A stretch of 64,000 nucleotides of DNA, from positions 759-64,758 of the forward strand of contig JACZJV010000062.1 in the NCBI GenBank assembly GCA_014860355.1, given 5' to 3'. The notes beneath the pieces are model-generated. The model did no database searches, was not told the DNA's origin, and was given only the letters and a program-made list of their open reading frames with translations. Source of the DNA: Burkholderiales bacterium (GTDB taxonomy: Bacteria; Pseudomonadota; Gammaproteobacteria; Burkholderiales; SG8-39). The position numbers and the translations under genes are program-made. Below are positions 1 through 10,052 of this stretch, piece by piece; positions within the stretch are counted from its first letter, which is position 1, and each line of letters opens with the position of its first letter.

Positions 1-1
1 G

Positions 2-286
2 GAAGCGTTCGACGACAGCGAACAGCTGCGCGACCTCAACACGCCGGAGAATGTGCTGATGAGCAAACAGATCGCACAATCCGTGAACCAAAGCATGGAT
101 CGGCTGCCTGAAGAACTGAAGGCGGCGATAATGCTGCGCGAGATCGAAGGCATGAGCTACGAAGATATCGCGAAGATAATGGATTGCCCGATCGGCACGG
201 TGCGCTCCCGCATATTCCGTGCACGCGAAGCGATCGCGGAACAGCTGCGGCCGCTGCTGGATATATCCAAAGAAAAGAGATGGTGA
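2..286 (+). CDS. rpoE: ECF sigma factor RpoE/AlgU (sigma-24), C-terminal part; 5' end outside window
   Basis: Frame open from the window edge. The translation ...NTPENVLMSKQ...LPEELKAAIMLREIEGMSYEDIAKIMDCPIGTVRSRIFRAREAI is a region-4 HTH typical of RpoE. rseA/rseB homologues follow in canonical order. Confidence 0.9.
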   Translation, partial: EAFDDSEQLRDLNTPENVLMSKQIAQSVNQSMDRLPEELKAAIMLREIEGMSYEDIAKIMDCPIGTVRSRIFRAREAIAEQLRPLLDISKEKRW

Positions 287-290
287 TGCC

Positions 291-788
291 ATGAAAGAGA
301 CTTTGTCCGCGTGGATCGACGACGAGTTGAGCGACCAACAGGCCGGCCAGCTTCCAGCGCAACTCAAGCGCGATGGTGAGCTGCGCCGCAGCTGGGACTG
401 CTACCACCTGATCGGAGACAGCCTGCGCGGCATCCAGGGTCCGGACTTGTGCGCGCAGATTCGCGCCCGGCTCGATGCCGAGCCCACGGTGCTGGCGCCG
501 CAGCGCCGCAGCAAGCCTGAAAAGCTGCGCTGGGCCGCCTTGTCGATGGCGGCGAGCGTGGCCGCAGTGGCTTTCGTCGGCTGGATGGCTCTTCCCGGCA
601 CACAGCAGGATTCCTTGCGGCTTGCTTCGGCTCCGGCGCGCGAGGTCCGGCTGGTCGCAACGGCGGCGGGCGAGGGGGCCAAGGACTACCTGCTTGCACA
701 CCAGCGCTATTCGCCGAGCAGCGCCATGCAGGGCGTCGCCCCCTATGTGCGCACCGTGGCCGCAAGCCGGGCAAGCACGCGTCGATGA
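291..788 (+). CDS. rseA: anti-sigma-E factor RseA/MucA
   Basis: ATG lies 5 nt after the rpoE stop. N-terminus MKETLSAWIDDELS...WDCYHLIGDSLRG matches the anti-sigma N-domain. Single central TM segment (WAALSMAASVAAVAFVGWMAL). Confidence 0.85.
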   Translation: MKETLSAWIDDELSDQQAGQLPAQLKRDGELRRSWDCYHLIGDSLRGIQGPDLCAQIRARLDAEPTVLAPQRRSKPEKLRWAALSMAASVAAVAFVGWMALPGTQQDSLRLASAPAREVRLVATAAGEGAKDYLLAHQRYSPSSAMQGVAPYVRTVAASRASTRR

Positions 789-1741
789 GATTCCTGGCGG
801 TGCTGTTGCTCGCGCTGCTGGCACAGGCAGTGCGGGCGGAAGAACCTGCGCTGTCGTGGCTGCAGCGCATGCATGTAGCAACGCAAACGCTCAGCTACAC
901 GGGAACATTCGTCTACCGCAGCGGCGAGCAGTCCGAAACGTCGCGCATCGTGCACGTGGTGGGCCGGAACGGAATACGCGAACGGCTGGAGACGCTGGAC
1001 GGCTATCCGCGCGAAATCGTGCGCGACGGCGACGAAGTGAAGTGCTACCTGCCGGACCGCATGACGGTAAAAGTCGACAAGCAGACGGATCACAAGATCT
1101 TTCCGGGATTGTTGCCGGAAAACCTGCAGGACATCAGCGCGCATTACGACCTCAGTACAGGCGCGGTCGAGCGCGTCGCAGGCTACGATTCCCGGGCTAT
1201 AATGCTGCAGCCGAGAGACAAGCTGCGATACGGCCGCAAATTATGGGCCGACATGAAAACCGGTATGCTGCTCAAATCCCAGACTTTCAACGAGGAGAAC
1301 GAACCGATCGAGCAGTTCGCTTTCACCGAGATCAGCATCGGCGGCAAGATCGACGACGAACAACTCAAACCCCGGCTCCTGGCCAGGGCGCGTGTCTGGC
1401 ATATAGAGAATTCGGCTGCCGTGGCGGCCAAGCTCTCGGTATCCGGCTGGAGCATAAAAGCGGAGCTTCCGGGATTCAAGAAAGTGACCGAGATGAAGCG
1501 CACCCAGGGCGGATCGGCCAAAGTCGGGCACGTGATCTACTCCGACGGGCTTGCCGCCATATCGGTGTTCATCGAGCCTATGTCCAACAAGACCTCGCTG
1601 CCGCCACCCGGGCTTTCGCGCCAGGGCGCGATCAACATCTACAGCCGGCAGGTCGCGGGTCATCTGGTAACCGTGGTCGGTGAGACACCTGCCGACAGCG
1701 TAAGGACGCTGGCCGAATCGGTGGAGTTCCGCACGCCGTGA
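785..1741 (+). CDS. rseB: sigma-E regulatory protein RseB/MucB
   Basis: ATGA overlap with the rseA stop. Signal peptide MRFLAVLLLALLAQAVRA. MucB/RseB-like sequence (LSYTGTFVYRSGEQ...) and the expected position in the operon. Confidence 0.85.
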   Translation: MRFLAVLLLALLAQAVRAEEPALSWLQRMHVATQTLSYTGTFVYRSGEQSETSRIVHVVGRNGIRERLETLDGYPREIVRDGDEVKCYLPDRMTVKVDKQTDHKIFPGLLPENLQDISAHYDLSTGAVERVAGYDSRAIMLQPRDKLRYGRKLWADMKTGMLLKSQTFNEENEPIEQFAFTEISIGGKIDDEQLKPRLLARARVWHIENSAAVAAKLSVSGWSIKAELPGFKKVTEMKRTQGGSAKVGHVIYSDGLAAISVFIEPMSNKTSLPPPGLSRQGAINIYSRQVAGHLVTVVGETPADSVRTLAESVEFRTP

Positions 1742-1821
1742 TGAATTGCGCGCGGCCGCCGCAGGCCTGTGCCGGAAAAAATCCGTAATACTCCGCGAAA
1801 CGCAAATTAAGGGACGTAACG

Positions 1822-3234
1822 ATGCGAAAAATATTGAGTCTATGGCTGCTGGTGCTGCTTCCGCTAGGTGCCTATGGCCAGGTGCGCGAATTGCCGGATT
1901 TCACCGAACTGGTGGAACAACAGGGTCCGGCAGTGGTCAACATCAGCACCGCGCAGAACCAGCGCGCACATCCGCAGATCCCGCAGATGCCGAATCTGGA
2001 AGAGGACGATCCGTTCTTCGAGTTCTTTCGCCGCTTCATGCCGCAGAATCCCGGCCAGGCGCCGCGCGAGTTTTCTACCCGCTCGCTGGGTTCGGGATTC
2101 ATCATCAGCGCGGACGGCTACATTCTCACCAACGCCCACGTAGTCGACGGCGCCGATGAAATCACGGTGCGCCTCATCGACAAGCGCGAATTCAAGGCCA
2201 AGGTCATCGGCGCGGACAAGCGCACCGACGTGGCCCTGATCAGGATCGACGCGAGCGGACTGCCGGTGGTCAAGCTGGGCGATCCGAACAAGCTCAAAGT
2301 CGGAGAATGGGTGCTCGCGATCGGTTCGCCCTTCGGTTTCGACAACACCGTTACCGCCGGCATAGTCAGCGGCAAGGCGCGCTCGCTGCCGCAGGAAAAC
2401 CTGGTGCCTTTCATCCAGACGGACGCAGCCGTAAACCCCGGAAATTCAGGCGGCCCCCTGTTCAACCTGCGCGGCGAGGTTGTCGGCATCAATTCGCAGA
2501 TCTACAGCCGGACCGGTGGCTACATGGGACTGTCGTTCGCCATCCCCATCGACATCGCGCTGGATGTGCAGAGCCAGCTGCGCAGCACCGGGCGCGTCAG
2601 CCGCGGCCGCATCGGCGTGGTGATCCAGGAAGTCACCAGGGAACTGGCGGATTCCTTCGGCCTGGCCGTAGCGCATGGCGCCCTGGTCAACGCGGTGGAA
2701 CGCGGCGGCCCGGCGGACAAGGCGGGAGTCGAGGTGAGCGACATCATCATCACTTTCGACGGCAAGAAAGTTGCAAGCTCGAGCGAACTCCCGCGCATAG
2801 TCGGCGCCACCCGCCCGGGCAGCAAGGTGGGCATGCAGGTATGGCGCAAAGGCGAGACCAGGGATCTGACGGTAACCGTAGGGGAGATCCCGACGGACAA
2901 GGTCGCAGGCGGCGAAAGCAAGCGCGCCAAGCCCGTAGAGGCGGTGGCCAACCGGCTGGGGCTGGTCCTGACGGACCTGTCGGCCGATCAGCGCAAGGAA
3001 CTGAAGATCGAGAGCGGCGTGCTGGTGGACGACGTGCGCGGCCAGCCACGCGGCGACCTGCGCAAAGGCGACATCATCCTGGCGCTAATCCACAAGGGCA
3101 CCAATACCGAGGCCAAGAGCGTAGCGCAGTTCAACAAGGCGCTGAACGCCATCGACAAATCGGTCACCATCACCTTGCACGTGCGCCGCGGTGAAAACCA
3201 GAGCTTCATCACCATCAAGGGCGTCAACGAGTGA
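1822..3234 (+). CDS. degP: periplasmic HtrA-family serine endoprotease (DegP/DegQ/MucD type), protease domain + 2 PDZ
   Basis: Signal peptide. Catalytic triad contexts TNAHVV, DVALIRI and GNSGGPLF. Two PDZ-like C-terminal segments. Sits where mucD lies in algU-mucABCD operons. Confidence 0.9.
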   Translation: MRKILSLWLLVLLPLGAYGQVRELPDFTELVEQQGPAVVNISTAQNQRAHPQIPQMPNLEEDDPFFEFFRRFMPQNPGQAPREFSTRSLGSGFIISADGYILTNAHVVDGADEITVRLIDKREFKAKVIGADKRTDVALIRIDASGLPVVKLGDPNKLKVGEWVLAIGSPFGFDNTVTAGIVSGKARSLPQENLVPFIQTDAAVNPGNSGGPLFNLRGEVVGINSQIYSRTGGYMGLSFAIPIDIALDVQSQLRSTGRVSRGRIGVVIQEVTRELADSFGLAVAHGALVNAVERGGPADKAGVEVSDIIITFDGKKVASSSELPRIVGATRPGSKVGMQVWRKGETRDLTVTVGEIPTDKVAGGESKRAKPVEAVANRLGLVLTDLSADQRKELKIESGVLVDDVRGQPRGDLRKGDIILALIHKGTNTEAKSVAQFNKALNAIDKSVTITLHVRRGENQSFITIKGVNE

Positions 3235-3247
3235 CGTTCCGGCAGTG

Positions 3248-3520
3248 ATGCCATCGAGCGGCGTGGACGAGGCGCGTAAGCTGCAGCTCAAGCTCTACGG
3301 CCGAAGCTACTGTCACCTGTGCGACGAGATGCTCGCCGCCCTGGCGCCCTTGCGCGAGGAGTTTGGCTTCACCATTGAGCTCGTCGACGTAGACGCCGAT
3401 GCGGCCCTGGAGCAGCGCTTCGGCATCCTCGTGCCCGTGTTGATGCACGCGGACACCGAACTGTGTCACTATCATCTGGACGCCGCCATAGTCCGGGCCT
3501 ACCTGGCCAAGCTGAGCTGA
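3248..3520 (+). CDS. glutaredoxin-like small thioredoxin-fold protein
   Basis: About 90 aa with a CxxC motif (LYGRSYCHLCDEM) and thioredoxin-fold length. Start uncertain (3248 ATG vs upstream 3191). Confidence 0.6.
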   Translation: MPSSGVDEARKLQLKLYGRSYCHLCDEMLAALAPLREEFGFTIELVDVDADAALEQRFGILVPVLMHADTELCHYHLDAAIVRAYLAKLS

Positions 3521-3653
3521 CGATAGTCGAACGCCTGCGATGTGCGCGCCCATGCTTGCGCGCGTGCCCGGGCATTTGCCCGTCGCCTTCCGGCGAGTGT
3601 AGCGTTGCATCCCCAGGGCCCCGTTCTGGACGGCGGCTTATGTAGACGATCAG

Positions 3654-5678
3654 ATGGATCCAAACCCCAGGCACCTGTCCGCGCGGCATGGGTCAGCAAA
3701 CCTGACCCTGAGATCCGACATTCAAAGCCTGCGCGCACTGGCTGTTGCGCTGGTGGTCGCCGCGCATGCGCATGTGCCCGGTCTGTCGGGCGGATATGTT
3801 GGCGTGGACGTGTTTTTTGTGCTCTCCGGCTATTTGATCTCCGGGCTGATCCTGCGCGAGATCGAATCCACCGGGCAATTCGATCCCGGGCGGTTTTATG
3901 CCAAACGCCTCAAACGCCTGCTTCCCGCAATGCTCCTGGTATATGTATGCACGGCAATCGTGGCGCGGTTCGTCGTCAGCCCGCAACAACAGGCAAGCGA
4001 TTCCGCGGCAGGGCAGGCCGCCATGGTTTGGCTGAGCAACTTTTACTTTTCATCGCTCACGATCGATTATTTTTCGACTGGCGAGAACGGTAATCTATTC
4101 ATCCATACCTGGTCGCTCGCCGTCGAGGAGCAGTTCTATCTCATCTGGCCCTGGCTGCTCATGTTCTTGTACGGGTACTGGAAGTGGCAAGGGGTGCCGG
4201 CAAATCATGCCTCAACCGATCACAGGCGCCTGGCATATGGCTTGGGAATCGTGGCGGCTATTTCGCTGCTGCTATGCGCTTACCTGGCATATCGCCACGT
4301 CGAGGACGGGTTCTACCTGATGCCCGGCCGGGTCTGGGAATTCGCCCTTGGTGCCTTGTCGTTTCTGCTGAGACGCGCAGCCGAGGAGGGTCGTGCCGCG
4401 TGGCTGGAGCGCTTGCGCGGGCGATCCTTGTTGAACGCTGTGGGCTGGCTGTCCATCCTGCTGGCAGCGGTGGCCTATGGCGATGCGCTGCGCTACCCGG
4501 GGTTTTGGGCACTGCTACCATGCATGGGCGCCGTGCTGGTATTGCTCGACGCACCCCAGAAATCGCCTGAAAGCCGCGTATCGCGCCTGATGCTGCGCGC
4601 CTCGCCGCTGCAGTTCATCGGCAATGTTTCCTATGGCCTTTACCTGTGGCATTGGCCGGTTTTGATCCTCGGGGCGCAACTGTTCGGAAGCGGGGCGCTG
4701 ACTAACCTCGGTTTGGTAAGCTTGTGCGTGGGCCTGGCCGCCGCGACCTATTTTGCGGCCGAAAACCCCATCCATCGCGCGCCCTTGCGCAACGTTGCCA
4801 AGGTTCTGATCCTGTCGGTATCGGGCATGGCCCTGGGATTCCTGGTCATGTGGACATGGCAAAGAGAGGCAGCAGCTCAGTTGAAAATGCCCGAACTGGC
4901 GAAAATTCAGGCGGCAAAATTCGACCTTCCGAATGTCTATTCCCTGGATTGCGATACCTGGCATCACAGCGCGGAGCTTTCTGCCTGCGCTTACGGGCCG
5001 GAAAATGCCAGCCACACGGCCATAATGTTCGGTGACAGCGTGCTGGTGCAATGGTTTCCCGCAATCTCCGACATCTACCTGCGCAAACCGGGCTGGCGGC
5101 TGATCGTGCTGACAAAATCAGCTTGCCCGGCCTCGCAGGTGAGTTTCTACTATGAGCGGATCAAGGCCACCTATGAAGTATGCGATCTCTGGCGCCAGCG
5201 CGCGCTGGGCTACATAGAGCAATTGCGCCCGGAGGTGCTCATCATGGGCTCAAACGATTATGGTTTCAGCGCCGATCAATGGATCACGGGAACACGGGCG
5301 GTGCTGGACCGCTTGAGTCCGGCGACTCACACCGTGTTTATCATGAGTCCGACTCCGACCCTGGGCTTCGACGGCCCGAACTGCCTTTCGACGGAGGCCA
5401 ACCTGCCGCATTGGTCTCCTCGATACGGTCGTTGCGAGACCAGGCTCAAATCACCGGCCGGTCAATCCATACTCCGGATACTGAGCCGGGCGGCATCACC
5501 TTACCAGAACGTGCATGTAATCGACCTGAGCGATTCAGTGTGCCCGGACGGACTGTGCAAAGCCCGCTTCCAGGCAGGAATACGCTTTCGCGATGGAAAA
5601 CACCTGACCGCGTCCTTTGTTCGGTCCATGGCGCCAGCGCTTGAGCGTGCCTTGGGGCTCGCCGGCGAGCCGCGGTAG
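3654..5678 (+). CDS. OafA/YrhL-type membrane acyltransferase (acyltransferase-3 domain fused to C-terminal SGNH domain)
   Basis: 674 aa. N-terminal motif RSDIQSLRALAVALVVAAHA...GGYVGVDVFFVLSGYLI plus about 10 hydrophobic segments. C-terminal block I IMFGDSV and block V-like DGKHLT, typical of SGNH extensions of O-acetyltransferases. Confidence 0.85.
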   Translation: MDPNPRHLSARHGSANLTLRSDIQSLRALAVALVVAAHAHVPGLSGGYVGVDVFFVLSGYLISGLILREIESTGQFDPGRFYAKRLKRLLPAMLLVYVCTAIVARFVVSPQQQASDSAAGQAAMVWLSNFYFSSLTIDYFSTGENGNLFIHTWSLAVEEQFYLIWPWLLMFLYGYWKWQGVPANHASTDHRRLAYGLGIVAAISLLLCAYLAYRHVEDGFYLMPGRVWEFALGALSFLLRRAAEEGRAAWLERLRGRSLLNAVGWLSILLAAVAYGDALRYPGFWALLPCMGAVLVLLDAPQKSPESRVSRLMLRASPLQFIGNVSYGLYLWHWPVLILGAQLFGSGALTNLGLVSLCVGLAAATYFAAENPIHRAPLRNVAKVLILSVSGMALGFLVMWTWQREAAAQLKMPELAKIQAAKFDLPNVYSLDCDTWHHSAELSACAYGPENASHTAIMFGDSVLVQWFPAISDIYLRKPGWRLIVLTKSACPASQVSFYYERIKATYEVCDLWRQRALGYIEQLRPEVLIMGSNDYGFSADQWITGTRAVLDRLSPATHTVFIMSPTPTLGFDGPNCLSTEANLPHWSPRYGRCETRLKSPAGQSILRILSRAASPYQNVHVIDLSDSVCPDGLCKARFQAGIRFRDGKHLTASFVRSMAPALERALGLAGEPR

Positions 5679-5711
5679 ACCAGGGACCGGCGGGCGGCGG
5701 CCGCCAGTCCA

Positions 5712-5888
5712 AGCGGACAGCGGAGACTCGCCGGGTGAAAACCGGCTTTGCACGCCGCGCAGTCGAAAGCGATGGCGGCAGTGTTTCCCGCCGGACGGGG
5801 TCGCCTCAAGGTATAATCGGGCACCGTCCGTGAGTTTGTATGCCTTCGCGCTTTTCCCGGCCTGCGCCACTTCGATTCTCGTGAGCAT
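5712..5888 (-). pseudogene. N-terminal remnant (about 59 codons) of a P4-type tyrosine integrase (Arm/DUF4102 DNA-binding region)
   Basis: Translation MLTRIEVAQAGKSAKAYKLTDGARLYLEATPSGGKHCRHRFRLRGVQSRFSPGESPLSA follows the integrase N-domain pattern (L-T-x-x-x-V-...-K-x-Y-K-L-x-D-G-x-x-L-Y-L-x-x-x-P-S-G-x-K-x-x-R-x-R-(F/Y)-R). No catalytic domain follows. Similarity stops about 30 nt from the acyltransferase stop. Confidence 0.7.
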
Positions 5889-6092
5889 GGGTACTCCCTC
5901 CTTAGGAATTCGGCAGTGACGAATGGTGGACAGCCTTGCGTTTCGCATGGTTGGCGGCAGGATGCGGACAGGTTTTTTTGGCCTGGTTGCGTCACGCCCG
6001 CGATTTGCTGCGATTGCGTGTTGCGCCTTGGTGCGAACGGTGAAAGACTTTTTTATCAAAAAAGCGTGTCAGGTATAGCGATACAAATCTAG

Positions 6093-7880
6093 ATGCAGCA
6101 CATCCGCAATTTTTCCATTATCGCCCACATCGATCACGGCAAATCGACGCTGGCCGATCGCTTCATCCAGTTGTGCGGCGGTTTGTCGGACCGCGAAATG
6201 GAGGCGCAGGTGCTCGATTCCATGGACCTGGAGCGCGAGCGCGGCATCACCATCAAGGCGCAGACGGCGGCGCTGCAGTATAAGGCGCGCGATGGGCAGA
6301 TCTATAACCTCAATCTGATCGATACCCCGGGGCACGTCGATTTTTCCTACGAAGTGTCGCGCTCGCTCGCCGCCTGCGAGGGTGCGGTGCTCGTGGTCGA
6401 CGCCTCGCAGGGCGTGGAAGCGCAGACCGTGGCCAATTGCTATACCGCGATCGAGCAGGGCGTCGAAGTGGTGCCGGTGTTGAACAAGATCGACCTGCCT
6501 TCGGCTGATCCGGAGGGCGCGATAGGCGAGATCGAGGACGTGATCGGCATCGACGCCAAGGATGCGCTGCGCGTCAGCGCCAAGACCGGCGAGGGCGTGC
6601 AGGACATACTCGAAGCGGTGATCGCGCGCATACCGGCGCCCAAGGGCGACCCCGATGCGCCGCTGAAGGCGCTCATCATCGATTCCTGGTTCGACAACTA
6701 CGTCGGCGTGGTCATGCTGGTGCGGATGATGGACGGCACGCTGCGCCCGAAGGACAAGATCCTGCTCATGTCCGCCGGCACCTCGCACCTGTGCGAGCAG
6801 GTTGGCGTGTTCACCCCCAAGTCGCAGGCGCGCAAACAGCTGCTCGCGGGCGAGGTGGGCTTCATCATCTCCGGCATCAAGGAGTTGCAGGCAGCCAAGG
6901 TGGGTGACACCGTCACCCTGCTGGAGCGCCCCGCGAGCGCGCCGCTGCCCGGCTTCAAGGTGATCAAGCCGCAGGTCTTCGCCGGCCTGTATCCGGTCGA
7001 GGCGAACCAGTACGACGACCTGCGCGATGCGCTGAACAAGCTGAAACTCAACGACGCCTCGCTGCAATACGAGCCGGAGGTGTCGCAGGCGCTCGGCTTC
7101 GGCTTTCGCTGCGGCTTTCTCGGCCTGCTGCATATGGACATCGTGCAGGAGCGGCTGGAGCGCGAGTACGACCAGAATCTGATCACGACCGCGCCGACGG
7201 TCGTGTACGAGGTGCAGATGCGCGACGGCACGCTGGAGCGGGTGGAGAATCCTGCCAAGATGCCGGACCTGTCACGGATCGAGGAGATACGCGAACCCAT
7301 CATTACCTCGACGATCTTCGTGCCGCAGGAACACGTCGGCGCGATCATGACGCTGTGCACGCAGAAACGCGGAGTGCAGAAGAACATGCAATACACCGGG
7401 CGGCACGTGATGCTGACCTACGAGCTGCCGCTCTCCGAAGTGGTGATGGATTTCTTCGACAAGCTCAAGTCGGCCAGCCGCGGCTACGCCTCGCTCGATT
7501 ACGAATTCAAGGAGTACCGCGCCGCCGACGTGGTGAAGCTGGATATCCTCATCAACGGCGATCGCGTGGACGCACTGTCGCTGATGGTGCATCGGGACAA
7601 CAGTCGTTACCGCGGGCGCGAGTTGGTATCGCGCATGCGCAAGCTGATCCCGCGGCAGATGTTCGACGTTGCGGTGCAAGCGGCGATCGGCGCCAACATC
7701 ATTGCGCGCGAGAACGTTTCGGCGCTGCGCAAGAACGTGCTGGCAAAATGCTACGGTGGCGACATCACGCGCAAGAAGAAACTGCTGGAGAAGCAAAAAG
7801 CCGGCAAGAAACGCATGAAACAGGTGGGCAACGTGGAAATCCCGCAGGAGGCCTTTCTTGCCATTTTGCAGGTGGATTAG
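6093..7880 (+). CDS. lepA: translation elongation factor 4 (LepA)
   Basis: 595 aa. GTPase motifs [21 protein letters not shown]. Full-length LepA-like sequence, located upstream of lepB. Confidence 0.97.
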   Translation: MQHIRNFSIIAHIDHGKSTLADRFIQLCGGLSDREMEAQVLDSMDLERERGITIKAQTAALQYKARDGQIYNLNLIDTPGHVDFSYEVSRSLAACEGAVLVVDASQGVEAQTVANCYTAIEQGVEVVPVLNKIDLPSADPEGAIGEIEDVIGIDAKDALRVSAKTGEGVQDILEAVIARIPAPKGDPDAPLKALIIDSWFDNYVGVVMLVRMMDGTLRPKDKILLMSAGTSHLCEQVGVFTPKSQARKQLLAGEVGFIISGIKELQAAKVGDTVTLLERPASAPLPGFKVIKPQVFAGLYPVEANQYDDLRDALNKLKLNDASLQYEPEVSQALGFGFRCGFLGLLHMDIVQERLEREYDQNLITTAPTVVYEVQMRDGTLERVENPAKMPDLSRIEEIREPIITSTIFVPQEHVGAIMTLCTQKRGVQKNMQYTGRHVMLTYELPLSEVVMDFFDKLKSASRGYASLDYEFKEYRAADVVKLDILINGDRVDALSLMVHRDNSRYRGRELVSRMRKLIPRQMFDVAVQAAIGANIIARENVSALRKNVLAKCYGGDITRKKKLLEKQKAGKKRMKQVGNVEIPQEAFLAILQVD

Positions 7881-8041
7881 TTGTTCATACCGTCGGCCTG
7901 CCAGGAGCGGCCATTGCGCGCTCGCGTGCGCCAACCATGTATTTGGTACGGATGGAAAGCGTATCCATACCAAAAAGTTCATTATGAATATTGGCAATTG
8001 CAGCTTGGGTTTGCTCTTATCCAAGATCGCCGATCGCGTAT

Positions 8042-8123
8042 GGACGGCTTTTCGTCCGTGCGCCATCGGCGATCCGCGCGGACGGGCCGCCGTCCGCGCA
8101 AGTGCGGACAATCTTTCGTCCGC
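8042..8123. repeat. array of three adjacent GC-rich hairpins sharing a GGAC(G)...(C)GTCC core
   Basis: H1 8042-8057: ggacg-gctttt-cgtcc. H2 8076-8099: gcgcggacgg-gccg-ccgtccgcgc, a 10-bp stem. H3 8104-8123: gcggac-aatctttc-gtccgc. All lie in the 305-nt lepA-lepB spacer. Confidence 0.7.
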
Positions 8124-8185
8124 GCAGCATCGTAACTCTGTAACAATGAGCGGCGCGATTTAGGGCGTTACTCGCGGGAATACAT

Positions 8186-8974
8186 ATGAATTTTGCACTG
8201 CTGCTTTTCATTCTTCTGCTCGTCACCGGCATCTTCTCCGCCATGGACGCGGTCTATTTTGCCAAGCGCCGCGCCGCCGGCGAGAGGGAGCCATGGTGGA
8301 TCGAATATCCGAAGAGTTTCTTCCCGGTCATTCTGATCGTATTCCTGCTGCGTTCGTTCCTGGTGGAACCATTCAAGATTCCTTCCGGGTCGATGATTCC
8401 GACTTTGCTGGTGGGTGATTTCATCCTGGTCAACAAATACACCTACGGCATCCGCCTGCCGGTGATCAACAAGAAGGTCATCGACATCGGCGAGCCCCAG
8501 CGCGGCGACGTCATGGTATTCCGCTACCCTGAGGATCCGTCGGTCGACTACATCAAGCGCGTCGTCGGCCTGCCCGGAGACAAGATCGCCTACGAGGGCA
8601 AGCGGCTCTTCATCAACGGCCTGGAAGTACCGCTGCAGGACGCAGGCGATTATCTGCTCAAGGACAAGATCCAGTACCTGAAACAGTACACCGAGACGCT
8701 GGGCAAGATCGAACACCCTATCCTGCTCGACCGGAGCGAACCCAACGCCATGCCCTATGTAAAACAGTTCCCCCACCGGGAAAATTGCATTTACAATAAT
8801 AAGGGGTTGAAGTGCACGGTCCCGCCGGGCAGCTATTTCATGATGGGCGACAATCGCGACAACAGCAGCGACAGCCGGGTATGGGGTTTCGTGCCCGAAG
8901 CAAATATCGTCGGCAAAGCCTTTTTCATCTGGTTCAATTTCAGCGAGCTGAAGCGCTTCGGAAGTTTCAATTGA
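8186..8974 (+). CDS. lepB: signal peptidase I
   Basis: N-terminal TM. Catalytic Ser box PSGSMIPTL, Lys box YIKRVVGLPGD, and GDNRDNSSDSR box. Confidence 0.95.
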   Translation: MNFALLLFILLLVTGIFSAMDAVYFAKRRAAGEREPWWIEYPKSFFPVILIVFLLRSFLVEPFKIPSGSMIPTLLVGDFILVNKYTYGIRLPVINKKVIDIGEPQRGDVMVFRYPEDPSVDYIKRVVGLPGDKIAYEGKRLFINGLEVPLQDAGDYLLKDKIQYLKQYTETLGKIEHPILLDRSEPNAMPYVKQFPHRENCIYNNKGLKCTVPPGSYFMMGDNRDNSSDSRVWGFVPEANIVGKAFFIWFNFSELKRFGSFN

Positions 8975-8988
8975 GGAGCCACGCAACT

Positions 8989-9360
8989 ATGCGCAACAAG
9001 CAACGCGGTGTCAGTTTTCCGGTGATCTTCCTGATCGGCGTCGTGCTCGCGCTGGCTGCAGTGGGTGCGATGAAGGTCTTGCCCGCCTATATGGACTACG
9101 CGACCGCCAGAAAAGCAATCATCGCGATAGCAGCAAGCGAAGGCCGCGCCGGCAGCGTCAGTGAAGTGCGCAAGGCTTTCGAACGCCGCGCCACCGTCGA
9201 CAACATTACGGTCGTGAATGCCGGGGAACTCGATATCAGCAAGGAGGGCGGCGACCTCGTGATCTCCTTCGAGTACGCGCAGAAGATCCCCCTGTTCGCC
9301 AATGTGTCGCTGTTAATCGACTTTTCCGCCAGCACCTCTGGCAAATCGGACACAGAGTAG
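8989..9360 (+). CDS. DUF4845-like small membrane-anchored protein
   Basis: 123 aa, N-terminal [27 protein letters not shown] anchor. Occupies the conserved slot between lepB and rnc. Confidence 0.7.
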   Translation: MRNKQRGVSFPVIFLIGVVLALAAVGAMKVLPAYMDYATARKAIIAIAASEGRAGSVSEVRKAFERRATVDNITVVNAGELDISKEGGDLVISFEYAQKIPLFANVSLLIDFSASTSGKSDTE

Positions 9361-9380
9361 CTGCGTTCCATGCCCTGTGC

Positions 9381-10052
9381 GTGATGGACTACGGGCCGCT
9401 ACAGCGTAAGCTGGGTTACAGCTTCGTGCAGGCGCCCCTGCTGCAACAGGCGCTGACCCACCGCAGCCACAGCACGCAGCATAACGAGCGCGTAGAGTTC
9501 CTCGGCGACAGCGTGCTCAATTGCTGCATCGCGCATGAACTGTACCAGCGCTTCGCCGATCTGAAGGAAGGCGAGCTGTCGCGCCTGCGCGCCAACCTGG
9601 TGCGGCAGGAAACCCTGGCCGAACTGGCGCAGGAACTGGAACTGGGAAGCTATCTGCGTCTGGGCGAAGGCGAGTTGAGGAGCGGGGGTTTCCGCCGTCC
9701 CTCGATCCTGGCGGACGGCCTGGAAGCGCTGTTTGGCGCGGTTTTTCTGGACGGCGGCTTTGCGGCGGCGCAGGGCGTGGTTCGCGCCCGCTATGCATCC
9801 CTGCTGGAACACATGGATCCGCAAACCCTGGGCAAGGATCCCAAGACCCTGCTGCAGGAGCTGCTGCAGGCGCGCAGGCTCCCCCTGCCGCAGTATGCGG
9901 TGGTCGGGACCAAGGGTGCCGCGCATCAACAGCTGTTTCAGGTGGAATGCCAGATTCCGCAGCTGGCGATCCGCACCGTCGGCTTTGGCGCCAGCCGGCG
10001 CATCGCCGAACAGGAAGCGGCGCAGCTTGCCTACGGGCAGATGCACAAATGA
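9381..10052 (+). CDS. rnc: ribonuclease III
   Basis: RNase III signature [13 protein letters not shown] and a C-terminal dsRNA-binding region. Followed by era. Confidence 0.95.
   Translation: MMDYGPLQRKLGYSFVQAPLLQQALTHRSHSTQHNERVEFLGDSVLNCCIAHELYQRFADLKEGELSRLRANLVRQETLAELAQELELGSYLRLGEGELRSGGFRRPSILADGLEALFGAVFLDGGFAAAQGVVRARYASLLEHMDPQTLGKDPKTLLQELLQARRLPLPQYAVVGTKGAAHQQLFQVECQIPQLAIRTVGFGASRRIAEQEAAQLAYGQMHK

Noticed and set aside
5535-6059. 174-aa ORF as an intact gene
   Set aside because: Only codons 58-116 resemble anything (an integrase Arm domain). The flanks are non-homologous read-through, so it is annotated as an integrase remnant rather than a CDS.
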